Shown here: positions 43,658 to 51,114 of the stretch, in pieces
Numbering within the stretch: position 1 is the first letter of the stretch
How the letters are laid out: each line of letters opens with the position of its first letter
Virus record (IMG/VR): IMGVR_UViG_3300050821_017570
Span: 96,001-160,000 of that record
DNA length: 64,000 nt
Strand: one strand, 5' to 3'
From: a virus
The notes under the pieces: model-generated
The model's database searches: none
Told to the model about the DNA's origin: nothing
Seen by the model: the letters and a program-made list of their open reading frames with translations, nothing else
Position numbers and translations under genes: made by a program

Positions 43658-43784
43658 AATCGCCGACGGGATTCGAACCCGTAGGGAGCACCTACGTCGT
43701 GCTATAGTGCTCCGTCGGATTTCGCCATGGGCACGTCCCATCTTGGCTAAGCCGCGACTGCATCTGCCGTTTTGCTACAGCGAT
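43658..43784 (-). tRNA. atypical tRNA-like element (127 nt), class II-like, with enlarged anticodon arm; amino-acid identity not assignable
   Basis: Acceptor ATCGCTG/CGGCGAT, D-arm GCA-AAACGGCAGA-TGC, T-arm ACGGG-TTCGAAT-CCCGT, variable arm GAGCAC/GTGCTC. Confidence 0.7.
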
Positions 43785-43806
43785 TGAGGTTACAGGAAAC
43801 GCTGAC

Positions 43807-44031
43807 TCAGCGGGTCGCCAGCACGACCGCTTCGGATCCGATGTAGGCGACTTCGGTCGCACCGGGGAAACAGGTACCCTGATGGGCTGCCTGGTTGATC
43901 TCCTGCTGGGAGATCTGGCGCTCGGCCTCACGCTCCGAACACCCACGAGCCTTCATCGTGCTGGCGATGAGGGTCCGACGGATCTGCAGGGTGCGGGCGA
44001 GACGGACGGCGGCATTGGTCTGGATACGCAT
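43807..44031 (-). CDS. hypothetical protein
   Basis: Start trimmed to MRIQTN (GAGGAG SD). Confidence 0.6.
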   Translation of the reverse strand: MRIQTNAAVRLARTLQIRRTLIASTMKARGCSEREAERQISQQEINQAAHQGTCFPGATEVAYIGSEAVVLATR

Positions 44032-44247
44032 GGGATGACTCCTCGGGCTATGCCCGAATCGGTGGTGGTTGAATGAAACGAAACGAAGAACGCGTGTTTC
44101 AAGTCCCGCCGGACCAGCGATCTCCACAGCAACGGTTGCAAACTGTCGGGGCCGGCAGTGATAGTACGCCGTCACCATTTTGACTGCCACCATACGAGGG
44201 AATGGGTCGTATGGTGTCTCTCCTGGGGTTAGCCAGGGAAAACCGAA

Positions 44248-44535
44248 TCAGAACAGACGAAGGCCACGCAGGATCGAGCGCATCTCGTGCTGGCGGCGCT
44301 CCTGCTCCTGACGGATCTGCTTGGCCCGGGCCTTCTCGGCCCGCTGCATGTTCCGCAGGTTCACCATGGCGGCCACGTGGGCGGCCCTGGCCTCGTAGGC
44401 CCGAGCACCCTGCTGGTCGCCCAGCCGACGGCACTCGGCCGCCTGGCTGATCAGGTCGCGGCGTCCGTTTTCGAGACTCCCCCACATGGTAATGACGTTC
44501 TCGGGGGTCAGGGTGGAATGGTCACTGTGACTCAC
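44248..44535 (-). CDS. helical/coiled-coil hypothetical protein
   Basis: Start GTG 44535 after the SD-hairpin. Confidence 0.7.
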   Translation of the reverse strand: MSHSDHSTLTPENVITMWGSLENGRRDLISQAAECRRLGDQQGARAYEARAAHVAAMVNLRNMQRAEKARAKQIRQEQERRQHEMRSILRGLRLF

Positions 44536-44541
44536 AAAAGC

Positions 44542-44562
44542 CTCCTCTGGCTGGGCCAGAAT
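44542..44562 (-). promoter_or_regulatory. SD-overlapping hairpin element
   Basis: ATTCTGGCCCAGCCAGAGGAG. Confidence 0.75.
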
Positions 44563-44580
44563 AGTGGGGTGATGGACAGC

Positions 44581-44633
44581 AAAAAGAAAAGGATCCCCCA
44601 CGCGCCTGGCTCGTTAGGCCAGACACGTGGGGG
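44581..44633 (-). terminator. probable intrinsic terminator
   Basis: CCCCCACG...CGTGGGGG stem followed by ATCCTTTTCTTTTT. Confidence 0.65.
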
Positions 44634-44772
44634 AAGAAGAGTACGTTTGGGTTAACGGCCCCTTTCGGGGGAGTTAGTGAAACAGGCTCAGGGGGAGTCC
44701 TTGTGGACATTCCTGAACGGATTGATCCTCCTCCTTGGTAGGAATCGATGGATCGTTCTTTTGGTGGATACC

Positions 44773-44841
44773 AAAAGAAAAAGGTTGCCCACAGCCACAT
44801 ACCCAGCTCCCGCAACAGAGCCAGATATGGGCTGTGGGCAA
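44773..44841 (-). terminator. long hairpin + U-tract (terminator or ncRNA 3' end)
   Basis: TTGCCCACAGCC/GGCTGTGGGCAA 12-bp perfect stem extended to about 24 bp, then CCTTTTTCTTTT. Confidence 0.75.
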
Positions 44842-44923
44842 TCTTTCGTAACGGCCTTTCGGGAGTTACGTTGCGGACAGGGGGTAGTCCTTGCGAACAT
44901 TCCCTGCTTATGAGATTGTGGCG

Positions 44924-45184
44924 CTACTTCGCGCGCTTGACCGACCAGAGGCCCTGACGGACCTGATACCAGATGAAACCCGTGGGGAGTTTCGTATCAG
45001 GGTTGGTTGGTGCCCAGCAGGGTCCGACGAACCGCTCGAACCTACCGGGTGACACTTCGGGTAACTTGACACGGTTCCAGAAACGGTGATTGACCTCGAT
45101 CCATTGGATCGCCGGATCAGACTCCGCAGGAGACTGACTGCCGGAATGCGTCTGTTTTGATGATGTAGCCACGTTTGGCGACAT
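44924..45184 (-). CDS. hypothetical protein (RFW..V...CW segment recalls HNH-endonuclease N-termini; possibly a remnant)
   Basis: Short ORF; weak motif. Confidence 0.4.
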   Translation of the reverse strand: MSPNVATSSKQTHSGSQSPAESDPAIQWIEVNHRFWNRVKLPEVSPGRFERFVGPCWAPTNPDTKLPTGFIWYQVRQGLWSVKRAK

Positions 45185-45437
45185 ACGATGATACTTTCTC
45201 TTTTACAATGAAGGTATTTGGAGTTCGCGGAGTTTGGGATGTCAGCCCAACCCTCCTACCATAACCTTCAGAGCGTGTCAGATGTCGACGGAACGACATA
45301 TCCCGCCGGAGGCTCGCTCTAACGTTGCGAGCTTTGTTACCGTGGATCATGCTCCACCGCAACCATTTCACGTGCCACGAGTATCATGGCAGAGGCGCCG
45401 GCTAGCGTAACCGGACGAACCGGAGGATTACGATCCC

Positions 45438-45809
45438 TCAAACGACCGATACAGCGTACCAATGCCCTGCTTCAAAATACTCCTTCCCAATCAGTACCCA
45501 CTCTGGCGGTGGGGGTTCACCGGGTGTCAGCCACCCGGCGGGAACGAATGTATCTCGTTCAAACGGCGCGATTATTGAATCGGCCTCCTGGTGCATCAGC
45601 ACAACTGTGACGAGCGGGATATCGTCATCCCGCAACTCGCAATGTGCTTCGCCATATTCGGTCGAGTCTCTGCTACCGAGTTTCTGGAGAAGCAGCTGAT
45701 GCAGCTCCTCCGTCCACTCCTTGCCGCCGCGCTGACGGAGCGCGGCTCTGATGTCAGCGAAGCTTTTCAAGGGGTGTCCTTTCGCAGATATAGCAGATGT
45801 AGCCCTCAC
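45438..45809 (-). CDS. hypothetical protein
   Basis: ORF in the array; true start may be TTG 45770 (AAAGGA SD). Confidence 0.6.
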   Translation of the reverse strand: MRATSAISAKGHPLKSFADIRAALRQRGGKEWTEELHQLLLQKLGSRDSTEYGEAHCELRDDDIPLVTVVLMHQEADSIIAPFERDTFVPAGWLTPGEPPPPEWVLIGKEYFEAGHWYAVSVV

Positions 45810-46113
45810 GTTCCCATGTGTAGAGACCGTGAAGACACCATATGCCGTGTGGGTGGGGATAGAACTCCTCTATCCATGGATGCTGGGGCGATACCAGCGG
45901 CTCAACGAGACAGACCCTCACCTCATCGCCGGCGAGAATCAAATGGTGGGTCCACTTACGGAAATGGTATTCGCGAACCAAACGATTGGTTAGATTGTGG
46001 AACAAGTCCCACGCCACCGTCTGGCCAAACTGTCGAACCATAAGGGCTCGCGCTGCATGATACCCAAGTATTGGACGGGTTGGTTGCCCCGGAATGAGGA
46101 AACCGGCCGTCAT
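45754..46113 (-). CDS. hypothetical protein
   Basis: ATGA-coupled to the upstream gene. Confidence 0.65.
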   Translation of the reverse strand: MTAGFLIPGQPTRPILGYHAARALMVRQFGQTVAWDLFHNLTNRLVREYHFRKWTHHLILAGDEVRVCLVEPLVSPQHPWIEEFYPHPHGIWCLHGLYTWEREGYICYICERTPLEKLR

Positions 46114-46331
46114 ACCTCCAACACACGCGACGCACGTGGAAATCCAGCCAGATTATCCAAATGCTTCGCTAGGGCCTCCGCATCACCGAGTTTGAGAAAC
46201 TCAGTCGCCTGATGCCTGGCGCCTACGAACCGACCTACGGTAACGTTGTAGAAGACATTGTTGCCTTGAACAACGCGGCTGATGACGTACGTGGGGCTGA
46301 TTCCGCTGGTGTGGTCGTATGGCTGGATCAT
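46110..46331 (-). CDS. hypothetical protein
   Basis: ATGA-coupled. Confidence 0.65.
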   Translation of the reverse strand: MIQPYDHTSGISPTYVISRVVQGNNVFYNVTVGRFVGARHQATEFLKLGDAEALAKHLDNLAGFPRASRVLEV

Positions 46332-46558
46332 AAGGCCTCAATCAACGCGGTCGCATCCTCACCACGCTGGAACGCCTCGGCAATTTCGACATGCCTACAT
46401 GCTTCCAACGTCCACCGTATGGCTGACTGGGCTTCGAAGTCAGCCATACGGTGATGGTTGAGAGCGACTGAGATCTGGAGGCTATCGAGTCTCTTCAACG
46501 CCATATGGGCACAATCGAGTGCTCGTTTGGCGAAGAATTCGGCATCGGGGTCTAACAT
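46328..46558 (-). CDS. hypothetical protein
   Basis: SD-hairpin upstream. Confidence 0.7.
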   Translation of the reverse strand: MLDPDAEFFAKRALDCAHMALKRLDSLQISVALNHHRMADFEAQSAIRWTLEACRHVEIAEAFQRGEDATALIEAL

Positions 46559-46563
46559 CTGTT

Positions 46564-46584
46564 CTCCTCCGGCGGAGCCGGAAT
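46564..46584 (-). promoter_or_regulatory. SD-overlapping hairpin element
   Basis: ATTCCGGCTCCGCCGGAGGAG (compensatory T-A to C-G pair). Confidence 0.75.
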
Positions 46585-46618
46585 CGTCGGTGTGAGAGGG
46601 GTGAAAGGTACGAAGGAA

Positions 46619-46933
46619 TCAGATGAGTTGTTTGCCAGACTCCTCGTCGCGGAAGTCGGTTGGCCACCATTGGAGCACGATCGGTGTGACCCACTGGGTA
46701 CCGAGGAAGTCGACGGTCCAGCGGTATCGCCAGCCCTTGTAATCGCCTTGGGGGCGATATCCCTTGAGACGAACTGGTGTTTGGATCAAATCCACAACGA
46801 AAAGAAATGGCCCGCCACTGGGGGTGGTGCGCCATTCGGTGTAGGCGGCCTTGCCAAACCTCGTATACCTCTCAGTCACGAGTTTGGTCGCCAGATCACC
46901 CCGTGGGTAGGTTCTGAAGAGAAGCGCCTCCAT
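46619..46933 (-). CDS. hypothetical protein (MEALLFRTYPRGDL...)
   Basis: Start moved to ATG 46933, just after the stop of the acidic mini-ORF. Confidence 0.65.
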   Translation of the reverse strand: MEALLFRTYPRGDLATKLVTERYTRFGKAAYTEWRTTPSGGPFLFVVDLIQTPVRLKGYRPQGDYKGWRYRWTVDFLGTQWVTPIVLQWWPTDFRDEESGKQLI

Positions 46934-46934
46934 C

Positions 46935-47084
46935 TCACTGTCCGTTATCATCAGGATCCTCTTCTGTCCCGTCGTCGGACTCCTCTTCAGCTTCTTCTTC
47001 CTCCGCTTGTTTGGCAGCTTCGTATTCCGCTTCTTCTCTGGTTCGACCAAGCTGTATGAGTTGTTCGAGTAGTGTCTTCTCCAT
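46935..47084 (-). CDS. 49-aa highly acidic peptide (MEKTLLEQLIQLGRTREEAEYEAAKQAEEEEAEEESDDGTEEDPDDNGQ)
   Basis: Manual translation; GAGGAGG SD 4 nt upstream; absent from the ORF track. Confidence 0.75.
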   Translation of the reverse strand: MEKTLLEQLIQLGRTREEAEYEAAKQAEEEEAEEESDDGTEEDPDDNGQ

Positions 47085-47167
47085 TGGTGCCTCCTCGGGC
47101 TTGGCCCGAATCGGGGTGATTGGGAATCATCCACCTGCCGAATTGTGAGTTCGGCAGGTAGGGATTC

Positions 47168-47689
47168 TCAAGCGGGGATATTGAAGAGATCCAGTTCGGA
47201 CTCTCCGTAGGTAGGGGAATACCTACCGTCTCGGTCGTGCTGGGTCACCTGCTCCTCTCCTGGCTTCACCATTACCAAGACAACAATCGGATAGGGTCCC
47301 ACGGCGTCAAAACTCACCAAACGAACCAATCGCCCGTCCCTGGTCTGCATCGGCATCCTCAGGTCGAGAACCGGGATCTCGTTTGTATCGATCGGAGCCA
47401 CCAGCTGGAGCACCGGAACGCTGGCTACGTCTGAGACAGCCACTTCCGGTGATCTACGTGGCGTCGTGGTCCGGGGCGCCAGCCCACCGAGATATCGGAG
47501 CTGGTCCGTAAACACACCCACCAGGGTGACGCTGCCGATGATCAAAGCAGTCGCCACTTTTGGGTGGTGGTAATGGTGAAACTGCGCGAAGACGACACAG
47601 CAGAAAGCGATGACAGCAATCCAGAAGGCCGCTACCCGAGGGCTAACCCGGTAGAGGCGTGGAAGGATATTGGTCGCAGAAACTTGCAT
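47168..47689 (-). CDS. two-TM protein fused to a TRDG/GQxW-type small domain
   Basis: Two hydrophobic helices; PMQTRDGRLVRLV...DLFNI matches domain 2 of 40904-41656. Confidence 0.75.
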   Translation of the reverse strand: MQVSATNILPRLYRVSPRVAAFWIAVIAFCCVVFAQFHHYHHPKVATALIIGSVTLVGVFTDQLRYLGGLAPRTTTPRRSPEVAVSDVASVPVLQLVAPIDTNEIPVLDLRMPMQTRDGRLVRLVSFDAVGPYPIVVLVMVKPGEEQVTQHDRDGRYSPTYGESELDLFNIPA

Positions 47690-47941
47690 ACGGTTCTCCT
47701 CCGGCTGGGTTGGTGGGTACCCAAAAGGGCCCCAGGGGGGTCAAAACGGTATGGTGACCCATACCCACCCGGATCCATGTTCGTGAGAGCATGGAAGGGG
47801 TATCACCTATATATGCGTGTTTTAGGTGTTTTATTAAGTACCCCCTAGGGGGGGGGGATACCCACCACTTCTGCTATGACCCCCTAACTACCACCTAGCC
47901 TAACCAGACCCATTGCCGATACTCTGGCTAGGGGGTAGCGG

Positions 47942-48655
47942 ATGGCCCAAGAACCCGATCCCGACCTGACGAGCGAGGAGCTTCATAAAGAGGTTCTTGC
48001 CGATATCACGAAAGCACTCATTGACCGTCAGGGGCTTATACTGGGCCGGTTTAAGCTGAGGGGCCAGCGAACCACCCCCTACCTGTTACGTCTCGATCGG
48101 CTGACCTGTGGGCAGGACTGCTTCGCCATCGCTCGCGCGATGGCGGTAACGATACGAGCCCACCATGGCGATGAGCTTGATCTCGTCTGGGGCACCCCCT
48201 ATGGGGGTATCCCATTGGCCGTCATGACGGCCAACTACTATTCGCTCCTAGTGGGTCGGGAAACCCATTGGGGCTATGGGCGCAAACCGACCGATCCGGT
48301 ATCCGAGGATCCGCCGGACCCGGTGCTGGCGCCACCCGATTGGACCGGTGCCAAGGCTGTGATTGTGGACGATCTGTTTGTCGAGGGTGAGGGTATCCGT
48401 CAGCAGATCAGTGACCTGAAGCGCGGAGGGGCGGACGTCGTAGGGGCGGTCACGCTCATCGACCGGTGTGAACGATCGAGGGGTAAGTTCTTTTCAGACC
48501 TCATCCATCGTGATACCGGCGTGCCGGTCGTAGGCTGTGTAACCCTCCCGGAGATCCTCACGACGATGGATCCAAAGCTGCTACCCGAGGATCAACGGGA
48601 GGTTCTGTTGCAGCATCTATCGCCAGAGGCGAAGGCCTACCAGAGCGGCGGCTAA
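47942..48655 (+). CDS. pyrE: orotate phosphoribosyltransferase-like protein with degenerate active site
   Basis: GRFKLR..R.TPY, G.PY.GIP, GRK, AVIVDD...G..I, VG.V.LIDR.ER align with type I OPRT. Confidence 0.75.
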   Translation: MAQEPDPDLTSEELHKEVLADITKALIDRQGLILGRFKLRGQRTTPYLLRLDRLTCGQDCFAIARAMAVTIRAHHGDELDLVWGTPYGGIPLAVMTANYYSLLVGRETHWGYGRKPTDPVSEDPPDPVLAPPDWTGAKAVIVDDLFVEGEGIRQQISDLKRGGADVVGAVTLIDRCERSRGKFFSDLIHRDTGVPVVGCVTLPEILTTMDPKLLPEDQREVLLQHLSPEAKAYQSGG

Positions 48656-51114
48656 CTGAATAGGTTGGACGTAACGAGCTGCCAGATGTCACCGTTGATG
48701 ACCCAACTGGTCGGGGTCTGACGGATCAGCATCCGTGCCTCGGCGAGTATCCTGGTCATGCGGGCTATGTTTGGGCTCGTCAGCGCAGGGGTCGTCAGTG
48801 CGGTCATCACGTTACTGATCTGGATCTCCACCCCATCGGTCACCATCGTGACGGGAAGCTGCCCCTGCTGGTGCAACCGATGCAGCAGCCGCACCATGTT
48901 GGTGGCACCGCCGGATTCGCCACTCAGGTACTGATGATCGAGTTGTTGGGCCGCCACCAACAGGGCATGACTCGGGCACACGTGGGCGGCAAGATTTTTA
49001 ATCTTTGCAGCTAACGCGCCATAGAAGTGTCCGTCATCTGGGTGTGGAACCGAATCCTGCAACAGCACCGCCAGGGCATAGAAGGTCCAGCGTACCGCTG
49101 AGTAGTCACAGAGCGTCTGAACCGGCAGCACGACCCATCCGGGCTCACAGGACAGCAGGTTAGCAGTTTGGCCGTCACAGCTCACCATCGCATGGATGGG
49201 TTGCTTGGATTCAATCGCACGTCCAAGCTGGCTGGGGGTCCAATCACAGAACGTCGGCAGCGGGGTTAGCCCGGTCAGGCTCTGCGGGTCCGGTTGCGTG
49301 ACCCGCATGCCCATCTGGCTTGCCAGGCGAGCCACCAGGTGAGGGGCCTCTTCGACCGCTATCCGGAAACCGGGTTTACCAAATCGGGTCCGGTAGAGGT
49401 TTCCCAACAGGGTCAGTATGACGAGACAGGTATCACGATCCTTCAGCGCGTCACCATCCATGGTGGTCAGTTGGGTGGGAAACTCAGGGTCGGGGCCATC
49501 CACACGATTCGCCACCCTCTGGATACCATTCTGATCCACCAGAAATCGTGGTAACCGAAGCACTCCATCCCGACTCCAACCGAGTGGTTTATCCGTCGTA
49601 GTAATGGTCATACGGGATTGAGAGAACTTACGCCCAATGTGGAGAAGGCGTTTCGACCATTTACTATCACAACGGATCCAGCCACCGTGGGCGAGACAGA
49701 ACCTGCCCAGCCAGTCGGCAGTGTTGCGCTCAAGCGTCTTCATCTCTTCCCGGAACGGTATGACGACGATCTGATGGGTTTCATCGGATTGAAACGACAC
49801 AGTACCCGACACGTAGGCCGTACCGGTGGCACGATCGCTCACCACCTCATCGATCCGCATGGTGGCGCTGCTGATAAGCTTGCCCTCGCAGTACCAGCCC
49901 TGCGGGGTTTCGTTAATCGTATGGTCGTCGAATTGGATCGACTGACTCTTCATGTCGGCATCGAGCGCGCGTTTCAAAAAGATGAAGTCTTCACCTTCTC
50001 GCCCCACTAGGACCTTGGCCTGTTCCTGAAGATCGAGATGCCAGGATAGCGCTACCCTGGTGGCGTCTTGTTTGGTCTTACAGAGTAGGTATTGGGCGAG
50101 TGCCTGGTAGGGCGGCTGGGCTGTCTGTCGCATCAACCGAATCGTATCGACTACCGTTCGGCCCTCAGGCCACTGGGTCAGGGGGTTGATACGAAGCTGG
50201 CTGTCGAGGAGGATCTGCGCGTCAGCTCCGCCGAACCGAGCCCCCTCCAGCATAAACCGATCACCGGTTGGGCCACTCTGACAGTGATAGAAGATCACCT
50301 GTCGAGCCGATAGTTGGGTACCCCGGAACCGTACCGATGGGGCCGGCACCCCGAAGACCGCGATGACTCGGCGTTCCGAGACCTGGCGGCTCATCATGCG
50401 GACCGCTACCCTGGGGTCACTCGTACAGAAGACCAGCTCGTCGAGTGGTGATACGTGATCCCCATATCCGAGTCCAGGCAACCCCTGTTCGTTCGTGAAG
50501 TCGAGATACTCGTACTGCTGGTCAAACGCCTTGTCGTGGAGTAACCAAAGCCCAATCAGCCGGGCATCCGTCCAGACCGGGATAGCGAGACAGCTCCACT
50601 TACCCATGTGCCGGATGACTCGTTCGGCTTCTTTCGACAGTTCGATATCGAGGGCCAGGATATCCTGGCCACGCACCAGCCCATGGTAGCGGGCAAACGC
50701 TGGTGCGTGCTGGTCATGAAAGAAACAATCAAACGCCTGGAGTAGCCCGCGTAGCGAACCTGGGTTTTGACTCGCGTACTCCTGACCCTCCCGCAGCAAC
50801 CCTATAAGGAGTGCATTCCTGGCACGATCTGCTAGATAGGTAGCAAGATCTTCAGGATCGACACTAATCAGCTGATCCAGCACCAGAGCTGCGGCGGCTT
50901 CATTCAGAGACTGCTTCTGTGTCGCTGCATACAGTTCCACCACATCACCCACCCAGCGACAGTCCCGACACACCAATGACTCCGGAGAACGGAAATCAAG
51001 CCCTTCGGCGCTTTGACATAGAGGGCACCGTGTCGAAAATGGGTAGGTACCAGGATCTCTGACCCCACACCGCGGCAGAATACCACTAAGGTTGTAGTTA
51101 CTTATGAGCGACAT
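48652..51114 (-). CDS. large primase-like protein (N-terminal CHC2-type Zn finger; DUF927-like middle)
   Basis: CPLCQ...VCRDCRWVGDVVEL Zn finger; ETPQGWY...S.T.RID segment; no clear catalytic motifs. Confidence 0.5.
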   Translation of the reverse strand: MSLISNYNLSGILPRCGVRDPGTYPFSTRCPLCQSAEGLDFRSPESLVCRDCRWVGDVVELYAATQKQSLNEAAAALVLDQLISVDPEDLATYLADRARNALLIGLLREGQEYASQNPGSLRGLLQAFDCFFHDQHAPAFARYHGLVRGQDILALDIELSKEAERVIRHMGKWSCLAIPVWTDARLIGLWLLHDKAFDQQYEYLDFTNEQGLPGLGYGDHVSPLDELVFCTSDPRVAVRMMSRQVSERRVIAVFGVPAPSVRFRGTQLSARQVIFYHCQSGPTGDRFMLEGARFGGADAQILLDSQLRINPLTQWPEGRTVVDTIRLMRQTAQPPYQALAQYLLCKTKQDATRVALSWHLDLQEQAKVLVGREGEDFIFLKRALDADMKSQSIQFDDHTINETPQGWYCEGKLISSATMRIDEVVSDRATGTAYVSGTVSFQSDETHQIVVIPFREEMKTLERNTADWLGRFCLAHGGWIRCDSKWSKRLLHIGRKFSQSRMTITTTDKPLGWSRDGVLRLPRFLVDQNGIQRVANRVDGPDPEFPTQLTTMDGDALKDRDTCLVILTLLGNLYRTRFGKPGFRIAVEEAPHLVARLASQMGMRVTQPDPQSLTGLTPLPTFCDWTPSQLGRAIESKQPIHAMVSCDGQTANLLSCEPGWVVLPVQTLCDYSAVRWTFYALAVLLQDSVPHPDDGHFYGALAAKIKNLAAHVCPSHALLVAAQQLDHQYLSGESGGATNMVRLLHRLHQQGQLPVTMVTDGVEIQISNVMTALTTPALTSPNIARMTRILAEARMLIRQTPTSWVINGDIWQLVTSNLFS

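Noticed and set aside
43658-43784. tmRNA or a standard Leu/Lys tRNA
   Set aside because: Too short and lacks the G3-U70 Ala identity and tag ORF of tmRNA; no 5-bp stem/7-nt loop anticodon arm can be drawn without an insertion.
47700-47940. Sigma70 promoters or origin in the divergent intergenic region (hairpin GGTATGG-TGAC-CCATACC, G9 run, AT-rich patch)
   Set aside because: Promoters must exist here, but no convincing -35/-10 pair with correct spacing could be identified by eye.
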